Shown here piece after piece: positions 15,701 through 30,749 of a stretch of DNA of 64,000 bases; position 1 is the first letter of the stretch, and each line of letters begins with the position of its first letter. This stretch comes from Eledone cirrhosa. Lineage: Eukaryota. The stretch is from positions 217,930,001 to 217,994,000 of the forward strand of contig OZ024741.1 in the NCBI GenBank assembly GCA_964016885.1. Direction: 5' to 3'. Both the position numbers and the translations under genes were made by a program. The notes below the pieces were generated by a model that made no database searches, was not told the DNA's origin, and worked only from the letters and a program-made list of their open reading frames with translations.

Positions 15701-18700
15701 GAGATACAGTGTACCTATTGTAAACTAGATATACACAGAGATACAGTGTACCTATTGTAAACCAGATATACACAGGGATATAGTGTACCTATTGTAAACC
15801 AGATATACGCAGGGATACAGTGTACCTATTGTAAACCAGATATACGCAGGGATACAGTGTACCTATTGTAAACCAGATATACGCAGGGATACAGTGTACC
15901 TATTGTAAACCAGATATACACAGGGATATAGTGTACCTATTGTAAACCAGATATACGCAGGGATATAGTGTACCTATTGTAAACCAGATATACACAGGAG
16001 TACAGTGTACCTATTGTAAACCAGATATACACAGGGATACAGTGTACCTATTGTAAACCAGATATACACAGGGATATAGTGTACCTATTGTAAACCAGAT
16101 ATACGCAGGGATATAGTGTACCTATTGTAAACCAGATATACACAGGGATAGTGTACCTATTGTAAACCAGATATACGTAGGGATACAGTGTACCTATTGT
16201 AAACCAGATATACACAGGGATACAGTGTACCTATTGTAAACCAGATATACGCAGGGATACAGTGTACCTATTGTAAACCAGATATACGCAGGGATACAGT
16301 GTACCTATTGTAAACCAGATATACGCAGGGATACAGTGTACCTATTGTAAACCAGATATACGCAGGGATACAGTGTACCTATTGTAAACCAGATATACAC
16401 AGGGATACAGTGTACCTATTGTAAACCAGATATACACAGGGATATAGTGTACCTATTGTAAACCAGATATACACAGGAGTACAGTGTACCTATTGTAAAC
16501 CAGATATACACAGGGATAGAGTGTACCTATTGTAAACCAGATATACACAGGGATACAGTGTACCTATTGTAAACCAGATATACACAGGGATACAGTGTAC
16601 CTATTGTAAACCAGATATACACAGGGATACAGTGTACCTATTGTAAACCAGATATACACAGGGATACAGTGTACCTATTGTAAACCAGATATACACAGGG
16701 ATACAGTGTACCTATTGTAAACCAGATATACACAGGGATACAGTGTACCTATTGTAAACTAGATATACACAGGGATACAGTGTACCTATTGTAAACCAGA
16801 TATACACAGGGATACAGTGTACCTATTGTAAACCAGATATACACAGGGATACAGTGTACCTATTGTAAACCAGATATACACAGGGATACAGTGTACCTAT
16901 TGTAAACCAGGTACACACAGAGATACAGTGTACCTATTGTAAACCAGATATACACAGAGATACAGTGTACCTATTGTAAACCAGATATACACAGGGATAC
17001 AGTGTACCTATTGTAAACCAGATATACACAGAGATACAGTGTACCTATTATAAACCAGATATACACAGGGATACAGTGTACCTATTGTAAACCAGATATA
17101 CACAGAGATACAGTGTACCTATTGTAAACCAGATATACACAGGGATACAGTGTACCTATTGTAAACCAGATATACAGTGTACCTATTGTAAACCAGGTAC
17201 ACACAGAGATACAGTGTACCTATTGTAAACCAGATATACGCAGAGATACAGTGTACCTATTGTAAACCAGATATACACAGAGATACAGTGTACCTATTGT
17301 AAACCAGATATACACAGGGATACAGTGTACCTATTGTAAACCAGATATACACAGAGATACAGTGTACCTATTGTAAACCAGATATACACAGGGATACAGT
17401 GTACCTATTGTAAACCAGATATACACAGAGATACAGTGTACCTATTGTAAACCAGATATACACAGGGATACAGTGTACCTATTGTAAACCAGATATACAC
17501 AGAGATACAGTATACCTATTGTAAACCAGATATACACAGGGATACAGTGTACCTATTGTAAACCAGATATACACAGAGATACAGTGTACCTATTGTAAAC
17601 TAGATATACACAGGGATACAGTGTACCTATTGTAAACTAGATATACGCAGGGATACAGTGTACCTATTGTAAACTAGATATACGCAGGGATACAGTGTAC
17701 CTATTGTAAACCAGATATACACAGAGATACAGTGTACCTATTGTAAACCAGATATACACAGAGATACAGTGTACCTATTGTAAACTAGATATACGCAGGG
17801 ATACAGTGTACCTATTGTAAACCAGATATACACAGAGATACAGTGTACCTATTGTAAACCAGATATACACAGGGATACAGTGTACCTATTGTAAACCAGA
17901 TATACACAGAGATACAGTGTACCTATTGTAAACTAGATATACGCAGGGATACAGTGTACCTATTGTAAACTAGATATACGCAGGGATACAGTGTACCTAT
18001 TGTAAACCAGATATACACAGGGATACAGTGTACCTATTGTAAACCAGATATACACAGAGATACAGTGTACCTATTGTAAACCAGATATACACAGGGATAC
18101 AGTGTACCTATTGTAAACCAGATATACACAGGGATACAGTGTACCTATTGTAAACCAGATATACACAGGGATACAGTGTACCTATTGTAAACCAGATATA
18201 CACAGGGATACAGTGTACCTATTGTAAACCAGATATACACAGGGATACAGTGTACCTATTGTAAACCAGATATACGCAGGGATACAGTGTACCTATTGTA
18301 AACCAGATATACACAGGGATACAGTGTACCTATTGTAAACCAGATATACACAGAGATACAGTGTACCTATTGTAAACCAGATATACACAGGGATACAGTG
18401 TACCTATTGTAAACCAGATATACACAGGGATACAGTGTACCTATTGTAAACCAGATATACACAGGGATACAGTGTACCTATTGTAAACCAGATATACACA
18501 GGGATACAGTGTACCTATTGTAAACCAGATATACACAGGGATACAGTGTACCTATTGTAAACCAGATATACGCAGGGATACAGTGTACCTATTGTAAACC
18601 AGATATACACAGGGATACAGTGTACCTATTGTAAACCAGATATACACAGAGATACAGTGTACCTATTGTAAACCAGATATACACAGGGAGACAGTGTACC

Positions 18701-21700
18701 TATTGTAAACCAGATATACACAGGGATACAGTGTACCTATTGTAAACCAGATATACACAGGGATACAGTGTACCTATTGTAAACCAGATATACACAGGGA
18801 TACAGTGTACCTATTGTAAACCAGATATACACAGAGATACAGTGTACCTATTGTAAACCAGATATACACAGGGAGACAGTGTACCTATTGTAAACCAGAT
18901 ATACACAGGGATACAGTGTACCTATTGTAAACCAGATATACACAGGGATAGTGTACCTATTGTAAACCAGATATACACAGGGATAGTGTACCTATTGTAA
19001 ACCAGATATACACAGGGATACAGTGTACCTATTGTAAACCAGATATACACAGGGATACAGTGTACCTATTGTAAACCAGATATACACAGGGATACAGTGT
19101 ACCTATTGTAAACCAGGTACACACAGGGATACAGTGTACCTATTGTAAACCAGATATACACAGAGATACAGTGTACCTATTGTAAACCAGATATACACAG
19201 GGATACAGTGTACCTATTGTAAACCAGATATACACAGGGATACAGTGTACCTATTGTAAACCAGGTACACACAGGGATACAGTGTACCTATTGTAAACCA
19301 GATATACACAGAGATACAGTGTACCTATTGTAAACCAGATATACACAGAGATACAGTGTACCTATTGTAAACCAGGTACACACAGGGATACAGTGTACTT
19401 GTTGTAAACCAGATATACACAGGGATAGTGTCATCATCATCATCGTTTAATGTCTATCTTCCACGTTAGCATGGGTTTAGATGAGAATTGTCCCACTTGA
19501 GGCAAGATTGGTCATCTCGCTCGCATAGGACTGTCTGGCAGGTTTTCTACGGCTGGATGCCCTTCCTAACACCAACCACGTTTACAGTGTAGACTGGGAG
19601 GTTTTTACCGTGTTAGCTACATGGCCACATTACAGTGTGGACTGTGTGTTTTTGTCGTGACACCTACACGACCTCATTAGTTTGGACTGGATGTTGTGGT
19701 ACCAACATAACTTTACAGAGAGAAGGTAGTGTTGGTAGGAGTGGGGGTGGAGTAGGGGTAGTGGGATGGGGGTGTATATTTGGTTAAGAGGTGCCTACTG
19801 ACTGTAGGTTTTGCTATGTATATAAGCAAGGCAGGTCTTCTGTATTACTGTGTGGTGCCAAAGATCTCGGTCCAGTGACATTGTCTTGGAGAGGTGTAAG
19901 TGTGTAAAGTCGGAAATTATCAAATCATCCCAGGTTTTTCTGGGTCTACCTACTCCGTAACTTCCATCAATTTTGATCCTCCTGCACTTTTTTATACAGC
20001 TCTCTTTCATGTGCATCACGTGACCATACCAACGTAGTCTTCTCTCGAGTAAACAGCATCTGATCCCTCTTATTCCTAATTTCTCACTTAGTTCATTTAT
20101 GCTTTGCCGTTCACGTATATTACTCATCCAACAAATCATGCATGCTTCGTTCCTCTCCAGTCTGTGCTGATCTTCTGCACACAATGCCCATGTCTCACTG
20201 CCATGTAACATTGCTGTTCATATGCAGGCATCATACAGCCTGCCTTTCATTTTTAGAGAGAAACCTTTAGTGGCCAATAGTGCTATAAGCTCACTGAACT
20301 TTTTCCATCCCGTTCTGACTCTGGCTACTGTACTTTCAGAGCACCCTCCACCACTGCTGATTTTGTCACCCAGGTAACGGAAGGTGTCCACTATTTCTAT
20401 AGAACCATCTGGGCAATAGAAGGAGCTAGTATCCTGTGGGCACTTGTTACTTATTGCACCAGAGCACCGGCCACATATAAAATCTATATTCTTAGATAGT
20501 TTACCTGTGATCCCACTACATCTTTTATGCACCCATACTTTGTATTTGGGATGTAAAATGGAATTTCTGCCTACTCCTTTCCTACACACTGAGCATGGCC
20601 ATTTCCCAGAGGGGACCTGTGCCCTATTTTCCTTCCTACATACTAGAACTTTAGTCGTAGACAAGTTAACTTTAAGGTCTCTTGATTCTAGGCCATGCTT
20701 CAATGTTTGGAATTTCTTCTCTAGTTCAGCCATTGATTCAGCTATGAGCGTTAGATCATTTGCATATAGAAGTTCCCATGGGCAACCGGTCTTGAACTCC
20801 TCTGTTATAGCCTGAAGGGCAATAATAAATAGGAGGGGCTAAGGACAGAGCCCTGATGAACAACTTTTACGCTAAATTCTGCACTATATTTGTTGTTAAT
20901 TCTAACCTTGTTGACTGTTTCTTTATACATCAACACCTAGTTTTCTAAGGGCCCACCAGATAATGGTGCGGGGGACTCAGTCAAAGGCTTTCTCCAAGTC
21001 AACAAAAGCTAAGTATAGGGGTTTACTTTTAGCTAGGTACTTCTCCTGCAGTTGTCGTAGAAGGAAAAGGGCATCTGTGATACTTTTTCCCTGACACAAA
21101 CCCAAACTGTATTTCATCTAGATCAATTCGCTCTCTGATTAGTTGCGCTATAACTTTTTCTGTGACCTTCACGACCTGGTCAATTAATTTAATGCCTCTA
21201 TAGTTTCCCCTATCTAGGGCGTCTCCTTTACCCTTGTAACAGTTAACGATGATGCTGCTACGCCAGTCATTTGGTATGACCCCATTCTGTATGACTTGGT
21301 TTACTATCCAGGTGACGATAGTGTGTCGCACCGTTCCAGATGCTTTCAGCATTTCGGCAACTATCTCCGAAGGCCCAGCTGCCTTGCTTGTCTTCATATC
21401 TTTGATTGCCTTACTTATTATACTACCTTCAACTTGCACTGCTGGTCCCTCTATTGGATCGATTTGGGGCAGACTATCTTTTTCCCATTTATTCTCCTCA
21501 TTTAGTAGCCTCTCGTAGTGACACTTCCAAGCTACCTGCTTATCAGCCTCAGTGATGGCAAGTACACCATCATCATTATGAACACAATTCTCCCAGACAA
21601 TATCACGGTTTTCCTTGACACATTGCCTAGCAATCCTGAACACCTCACGTTTTTGCTCCTCACGATATAGAACATGCTTGAACTTTCTATCCTCTTCTCT

Positions 21701-24700
21701 ACTTCCCCCATCCCGCCATACTTTCTAAGCCTGCTTTTTGGCCTCAATTGACTCCTCCACCTTACTGTTCCACCACCACGTTACTCTCCTCCTGTTTATA
21801 GGTCTGCTCCAGCCACAGATTTCATCTGTCGCCTTCAGCAGGTTAACTTTTAGGAATTCCCACTGTTCCTCTATATTGTAAGTCTGTAATTGCTCTTCCT
21901 TACTGTCAAAAGCATCAAGTAATATACTTTTAAATTCTTTACTGGCTGTGGGGTCCTTTAACTTCCATATTTTTCTCCTGAGGATAGTCCTCTTCTGCTG
22001 TCGAGTACGTCTCGTCCTGACTATGAGGTCGCTGACTATGAGTCTATGTTGGGAGGTGCATTCTTCACGAGGGAGGGATTTAGTGTTTACACCAGACACT
22101 GTCACGTCTTCTGGTAAGGATATAATCTATCTGATCAAGTGATTGTCTCGTTTTTTGAAGTTTGTGTTACAGATAGTTAGGTTATTAGCATCGCAGAATT
22201 CCAGGATTCTGGAGCCTTCCTCATTTCTAGTACCAAACCCATAGCCTCCATGGATTCCGTCATAGTCATCACAATGTTGTTCAACATGACCATTTAGGTC
22301 GCCAGCAATAATTATGCAGTCACCGTCAGTTATTTGGGAGGTAGTGAGCATTAGCGACTCATAGAATCTGTCTTTCATAACGTCAGATCAGATAGGCCAG
22401 ATTGGGGTGCATACGCAGTATTGTCACAGTAGTTCTATTTAGGATAAGTCTTCTTTTAATTATTCTGTCGTTCACTCTATTTACATCTATTATCTTATCT
22501 ACCCATTTTTCTACTCCACCCAGCCCATTGTCATTTCCCACCCAGAAAAGTTTATAGCATCGTTTTTTTACCCACAATGAATCTAGCAGACCCTCCCCTC
22601 CACCTGGTCTTTTGAACACAGCAAACATCAACATCCTACAACCTCGTTAGAGCGACCTTTTAAGGTACCTACATTCACGGTACCAACTCTGAAGTTTTGG
22701 ATTACGTTTGGTGGGTGGGAAGGATGGGTTGGAGGCGCAGGGAGGGGTGAGGGAGGGTTATGTTAGCCATCCGTGTTTGAAATAAAGAAGAGTCCTTGCA
22801 TTCTCGTCCGGCAACATGAGGTGAATTTATCTTTATATTTGACATTGCCATTGAGTGTCCAGATTCTTCAGACTATCCAGAATTCTATAGTCCATCTAAC
22901 ATATCAAAAGCAACCAGGTCTAAACTTAAGGAGTGATAGCCGAGGCGGTGGTTTTGTGAAAGAGATTGGTAAGAGAAACATATTATAAGCCGCTGAATTA
23001 TGATTGGACCAAATAGTAATGGTGGCGAGTGGTGGCGGGATATGGGGAAGTTAACTAGAAGATTATTTTTATAATATAATCCTGCAAATTTGGACGAACG
23101 TATAACAGTAATCAGAGTTTAAACATGAGAAGATTGTTTTTGAGGGTCTGACAGAATTTTGGGAGTTTAAAATATGAGAAGATTGTTCTGAAGGTCTGAC
23201 AGAATTATCGAATAACATTGAAAAGATTGGATTCTAAGTTAAACGGACGATATAATACTGATAGGTAAATGGACTAGGAAAACATTGGAGAGACAAGAAA
23301 ATAGGGTGAAATACATTACATTTCTCAAAGACAAGTGTATCTATTGCAAACCAGATATATCAGGGATACAGTGTACCTATTGTAAACCAGATACACAGGG
23401 ATACAGTGTACCTATTGTAAACCAGATACACACAGAGATATAGTGTACCTATTGTAAACCAGATACATATGACATAAAAGATTTTGATATATAATAAAGG
23501 ACTAAAAGGAATGACTGAGAGGTTAAGAAGTTTGTTTTACAGGTATGGGGTTCAATCCCACTGAGTGACATCTTGGGCAAGTTTCTTTACCACAGTACCC
23601 AGTCAACCCAAGACATGCGAGGGAAATTTGGTAGAGGGAAGTTCAATGGATGGACTGCCTCTGAAGGTCAAAGGATTAATCTTGTCCTATACTGTCTTGC
23701 TGAATCTCCCTGAGAATTACATTAAGGGTACACATGTCTGTAGAATACTCAGTCATTTACATGTTAACCTTCTGTTGTTACCGATACTCATTTTTCACTT
23801 CGTGAACTGGAGCAACATAATATGTAGTGTCTTCTTCAAGGACACAATATATTACCCATTTGGGGAAATCAAGTTTACATCTTTAAGGTCCTTATCCAAA
23901 CACTTTAACCATTAAGCCACACAACTTAGCTACATTATATAAAGTTCCCAACCTTTTTGTGTCATTGCCCACTTTCACATAGAGAAACATTTTCCACCTC
24001 CCACCTGTATAGTAAATATTCAAAAACATACCAAAAATGTTTGGTAAAAGTTTGTTACTGTTTCATTATTCCCGTTTAGTCTGCTCTTCCTTTTATACAG
24101 GGTCTTTGAATATTTTTGTCCAGGTATCATCATCATTATCATCTCACTGTTTAACGGCCATTTTCCATGCTAGCATGTGTTAGACGAGTTGCCCTGCTGT
24201 GAGACAAGCCGATGACTATGACTTACTCATACAGAACTGGTTTGGGATTGGTTTCCACAGCTGGTTACCCTTCCTAACACTAACCACATTTAAAGTGAGT
24301 ACTAGGTGCTTTTTGTCATGACACCTACATGAACAATTTACAGTGTCGGTTGGATGCTTTTTGTCATGACACATACACAACCATTGAAATATCTAATCAA
24401 TACTCAAAATTCTATATTGTCCACCAAAATTTCCAATCACCCATCATTTTCTGTTCAGTTGGTCATCACACACCCAAGAGTTGATATCAGCCCCACCAGT
24501 GGGCAATATCGCCCAGGGTGGGAAGCCCCGATGTAAAGGATAACAAGAAGACAATACCTGAGATGAAATTAGTCCAACAGCTTCCCCAGGGTTCACCATA
24601 CATTGGAGGTATTTGTAATTTATAAGTTTCTCAAAATTTTCTTCTGTTATCGTCTCTTTTGTTTCGGTTTGCCCAGGTGGACATATCCTTTGCTAAAAAT

Positions 24701-27700
24701 AACAATAACAATAATGAATATATGTAGCGAATCTCTGAAACTTTTTAAACCCTTTAGCATTTAAACCGGCCATATCTGGCTAGGATTCTCTCACCTCTTT
24801 CTGTTTAAACCGGCTGTAACCAGCCACTCATACTGATGTTAAAGTATTCTCCTTAAAATAAATAATATCAAAACATAGATTTGATACCATGAAATTGGTT
24901 GTAACTGGCAGCTTATACCAATGTTAAGGTATTGTTCTCGAAATAAATAATATCAAAGTCTCATAGATTCGATATTATATGAGATAATTATGTGAGGTAA
25001 GGCCTTTGCTGGGAAAATACAATAGTATATATAGAGTAATGTAAATGCTAAAGGGTTAAGTGCCAAGAATATAAAATTAATATAATGGTGTACTCATGCT
25101 GAAGACCTTTAAAAGATGGAAAAAGAAGTTGTCATTGGCTGCTATGAACAATTGAACCCCTTATATCTCAGATACTAGTATCTAGGAGATACAGGGTTCA
25201 ATTCCTCATAGCAGCTGATGGCAACTTCTTTTTCTGTCTTTTAAGGGTCTTCATCCTATTTTATAGCATCTCTGTGCATGAGTACATCATTCTTTATATT
25301 AATAATAATAACAATTGTCTCTACTTTTGGCACAAGGCCAGCAATTTGAAGGGAGAGGGGGGGGGGGTCGATTAAATCGACCCCAGTACTTGACAGGTAC
25401 TTTATTTTATCTATCATGGAAGGATGAAAGTCAAAGTTATCTTTGGTGGGATTTGAACTCAGAATGTAAAAAGTCATAACTAAATACTGCAAAGAATTTT
25501 GTCCGACGCTCTATCAATTCTGCTAATCCACCACTTTTATAATAATAATCATGGTTTCTTCATCAGCCATACAGCTATCATTAAGCAAACCAGTGAAGAC
25601 AGCACAGTATGATACAGTTTTGGGGTTTGTGTTAAAAAAGGGTATCACAAAAAACTAAAAAATAAATAAACATTAAAAAAACAAATTCCACAATTGGAAG
25701 GTGGGGGAGATTTCTGAGGGTCACTTGTGGAGAATGATCACAAAAAGCCATGGTTACACTGATCGCCCACACCATCTAAGAAAAGTACCACAATATGTCT
25801 ATCTCAAGCTTGGAGGCTCATTAGGCTGGGGCTGGTGCTTAGTACATGATTCACTCCTGGACAGAATGCTAGTCCATCGTAGAATTAAATCCCCAGCTAT
25901 TGCTGGTACTCTGTGAAATAAAGTGTTTTGTTCAAGAACACAACCTAGCCCAGGAATTAAACCCATGACATTAGGATTGTATGTACAACACTCTTACCAC
26001 TAGGCCAAATAGTGAAGGCGCATGGCTTAGTGGTTAGAGCAGTGGGCTTGCAATCAAAAGGTTGTGAGTTCAATTCTCGGACCGGGTGATGTGTTGTTTC
26101 CTTGAGCAAAACACTTTATTTCACGTTGCTCCAGTTTACTCAGCTGTAGAAATGAGATGATAGGACTGGGGTCCCTATCATTAAATTATGCAAGACACCT
26201 CCAACGAGATATACCTTGGAGGAGGCCAGCTAAACCTGCATAGGTGTGAGCTGTCACAGACACACACACTAGGCCAAATAGTAAAATACATAACATTATT
26301 AGAAACATTCACAATACTAACCGAATTCTCTGAATTGGTAGTGAACTCTTTGGCCATTTTATACAACTTTTCTGAGATGGCACTGTGTTGGTTATAAGGT
26401 AGAGTCTTAGATAAGACAGGGTCTGGGCATGACACAATCTTTTTCTTGTACCTGATAATAAAATAGAGAAGTGTAATAGGAAAGGGTTATGTTTATAACC
26501 TAGAGTACATCACACAATAGTATGATATAAAATCTAGTAGATAATACAAGGGTTGGCTGAAAGGTTCATAGACTGGATATGAAGGATTGATGCTAGAGCT
26601 GTAAAATCTTACATGCATTAATTTCAACTCTTCTCATTAATAACTGCATTGTTTCTTTCCATGAGGGTATCTTGGTCAGGCTATGAACTTTTCAGCTGAT
26701 CCTCATATAGTATATAACATGTATATGATATCATCATCATCATCATCGTTTCATGTCTATCTTCCACACTAGCATGGGTTTAGACGGGAATTGTCCCACA
26801 TGAGGCAAGATTGGTCGGGAGACTGTGTCTCGCTCGTATAGGACTGTCTGGCAGGTTTTCTACGGTTGGATGCCCTTCCTAACACCAACCACGTTTACAG
26901 TGTGGACTGGGAGGTTTTTACTGTCACCTACACGGCCGCATTACAGCGTGTGTTTTTTGTTGTGATACCTACACGACCTCGTTTTTTTTTGGACTGGATG
27001 TTGTGGTACCAGCATAACTTTACAGAGAGAAGGTGGTGTTGATGGGGGTGGGGGAGTTGGGTAGTGGAAGGGGGTGTATATTTGGTTAAGAGGTGCCTAC
27101 TGACTGTAGGTTTCGCTATGTACAAAGATCTTGGTCCAGTGACATTGTCTTAGAGAGGTATAAATGTGTAAGGTTGGAATTTATCAAATCGTCCCAGGTT
27201 TTTCTGGGTCTACCTACTCCGTAACTTCCATCAATGTTGATCGCCCTGCACTTTTTTATACAGCTGTTGTCTTTCATGCGCGTCACGTGACCATACCAAC
27301 GTAGTCTTCTCTCGAGTAAACAGCATCTGATTCCTCTTATTCCTAATTTCTCACTTAGTTCATTTATGCTTTGCCTATAGTATATAACTGCCTCTAATGG
27401 GACAAATTCGTCTAACCCATGCTAATGTGGCAAATAGATGTTAAACAATGATGATGATAAAGTATATATAATATATAGTATAATGGAGGCACATGGCTTA
27501 GTGGTTAGAGCATTGGCCTTGCAATCGAAAGGTTGTGAGTTCAATTCTCAGACCGGGTGATGTGTTGTTTCCTTGAGCAAGACACTTTATTTCACATTGC
27601 TCCAGTTTACTCAGCTGTAGAAATGAGATGATAGGGACTGGGGTCCCTATCATTCCACTGCAAAGTGGTCGTGGAGGTGCCACGGCAAAAAAGCACCCAG

Positions 27701-30700
27701 CACTCACTGTAAATGAGGTTGGTGTTAGGAAGGGCATCCAGCTGTAGAAATCAAGCCAGAATCAGTTCCTGTCCCACCCTTGCAAGCACGGAAAAAGCGG
27801 ACGTAAAATGAAATAAAAAAAAAATAGTATATATTATGACATATATGATATATAGTATATGACATGACATATATGATATATAATATATAACATGACATAT
27901 ATGATATATAGAATATAACATGAATGGATCATATGGTATCTGACCTAAGCATTGAAAGAAAAAACCCCCCACTACTTTCAAATTAAAAAAAATGGCACTT
28001 TAACCCTTTAGCATTTACATTACTCTATATTTACTATTGTATTTTTGTGGTAAAGACTTTATCTTACATAGTTATCTCATAATATCAAATCTATGAGATT
28101 TTAATGTTGTTTATTTTGAGAACAATCATCATCATCATCATTTTACGTCCGCTTTTCCCTGCTTGCAAGGGTGGGACGGGAACTGATTCTGGCTTGATTT
28201 CTACAGCTGGATGCCCTTCCTAACACCAACCTCATCCACAGTGAGTGCTGGGTGCTTTTTTTTGTGGCGCCTACACGTCCACTTTACAGTGTGGGCTGGG
28301 TGCTTTTTTGCCGTGGCACCTCCACGATCACTTTGCAGTGGAATGATAGGGACCCCAGTCCTATCATCTCATTTCTACAGCTGAGTAAACTGGAGCAATG
28401 TAAAATAAAGTGTCTTGCTCAAGGAAACAACACATCACCCGGTTTGAGAATTGAACTCACAACCTTTCGATTGCAAGGCCAATGTCTAACCACTAAGACA
28501 TGTGTCTCCATACCATACTATAACATAAGTATGAGTGGCCAGTTACGGCCGGTTTGAAAAGAAAGGGGTGAGAGAATTCTGGCAGGATATGGTTGGTTTA
28601 AATACTAAAGGATTAAAGCAACAAAATATACAGCTCGAAACTTGTTTCTTCTCTTAATCCTCTGATAAAAGGATTTTATCCTGAAATAGAAAGGACATAT
28701 AAAGAACTGCAAGGTAACATCTCACCATCATTGTTATCATATTTTTAACATTTACTAGCAATTCATATTGTTTGGAAGGGCATCCAGATGTAGAAATCAA
28801 GCCAGAATCAGTTCCCATATGAGCAAGACATGGTCAGCCGACTGGACACTGCCCACAACAGGACAACCTGTCTAACCCATGCTAGCATGGAAGAACGGAC
28901 GTAAAACGGTGATGATGATGATATATAATACAAAATATACAACACAGCAAGTGCTGGAGATCACGGAGAAAGGAGGGTTGCAGGGTGACCCCCTAACTTA
29001 CTTTTCGCGTTGTTTCTCACTCATTTTGTACCAAAGACGGCACAGGTAGGTGGTTTTCAAAGAACGACCCTCCATACATGTAATGTCTGGAATTTCAAGA
29101 TCTTCTTGTTTCTGGCAGAACCTCAAGAATGCACTTTGGTCAGCTTGGAAACTCTTTATGGAACTTCTTTGTTGGTTAAATTTGTATATCTGAACAACAA
29201 CAACAACAACAACAATTATTATTTCTAACAGAACAACAATAATTTCGGATTTAGACACAAGGCCAACAATTTGGGGGGGGGAAGGGAAAAATCGATTAAG
29301 TCAACCCCAGTACATTACTGGTACTTTATTTTATTGACCCAGTAATGATGAAAGGCAAAGCTAACCTCTCTGTCATTTGAACTCAGAATGTTAAGGGATG
29401 TAACTATATGTCACAAAGCATGTTGTCCAACACTCTGCTGATAATGTCAATCCACTGCCCTCCAACAATAATTTCTAAGAAAGGAAAGGAAACAATATTT
29501 CCATTGTTTTTTTTTCCGATTGCTGACAATGTCTGCCAATCACAAGTTCTGGCAGAAGAAAAGAAAAGAGCTGATCATCAGATCAAACCAAGGAAACAAT
29601 ATTTCCATTGGTCTTTCCATTACTGATACTATCTGCTGGTCACAGCATCTGGCAGAGGAAGGCAGGATTTGATCTCAGAATGCAGAGTTGGACCAGATAC
29701 TGCAAAGCATCCTATACTATCTTCAAGATGCAACATATGAGGAAGACAACTCTCAATAAGAAAGGACTCGGACAGAAAGTGGACATATGATGGTGATGGT
29801 GCTGATGATGATAATGATGGTGGAGGTGTTGATAGTGATAGTAGTGTTGATGATGGTGGTGTTGATAATGATAGTAGTGGTGATGATGATGGTGGTGGTG
29901 TTGATGATGGTGGTGGTGTTGATAATGATAGTAGTGGTGATGATAATGGTGGTGGTGTTGATAATAATAGTAGTGGTGATGATGATGGTGGTGTTGATAA
30001 TGATAGTAGTGGTGATGATGGTGTTGATAATGATAGTAGTGGTGATGATGATGGTGGTGTTGATAATGATAGTAGTGGTGATGATAATGGTGGTGGTGTT
30101 GATAATGATAGTAGTGGTGATGATGATGGTGGTGTTGATAATGATAGTAGTGGTGATGATGATGGTGGTGTTGATAATGATAGTAGTGGTGATGATGTTG
30201 GTGGTGTTGATAATGATAGTGATGATGATGATGATGGTGGTGTTGATAATGATAGTGATGATGATGATGATGATGATGGTGGTTTTGATAATGATATTAG
30301 TGGTGATGATGATGATAGCAAAGATGATAATACTGATGATTGTGATAACAACGGTGATAACAATGATGATGGTGATGATGATGATAATGGTGATAATGAT
30401 GATAGTAGTGGTGATGATGATAGTGATGATGATAATAGTAGTCGTGGTGACAATGATGATAATACTGATGGTTATGATGACAATGATGAAGGTGATAAAG
30501 AAAATTTACCTTTTTTTGAGTTTTTCGACAGTCAAAGCTGCTGTCAGTTTCTTTCAGGGGTTCGTGCTGATTAAGGATGGAGGCACGGTTCTTTATCAAC
30601 ATTGGGAAGTGTTTCTCTCCAATAAACTGGGTCTTGGTAACATCCAGGCTGTCTTCACCATAATAGAACTAGAGAAGGTGAGACCAAATCAGTTACTATG

Positions 30701-30712
30701 TATATGTGTACG

Positions 30713-30749
<37 letters not shown>

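Noticed and set aside
6273-19430. CRISPR-like 37-bp periodicity and three identical 77-aa ORFs
   Set aside because: Contiguous repeats with no unique spacers and no cas genes in a eukaryotic intron; the ORFs only mark duplicated blocks
23940-24531. Possible hAT-type MITE (GTTCCCAACC...GGGTGGGAAGC)
   Set aside because: Termini too degenerate and no clear 8-bp TSD
27485-27560. tRNA-Cys-like sequences
   Set aside because: SINE heads without a proper acceptor stem, continuing into repeat body
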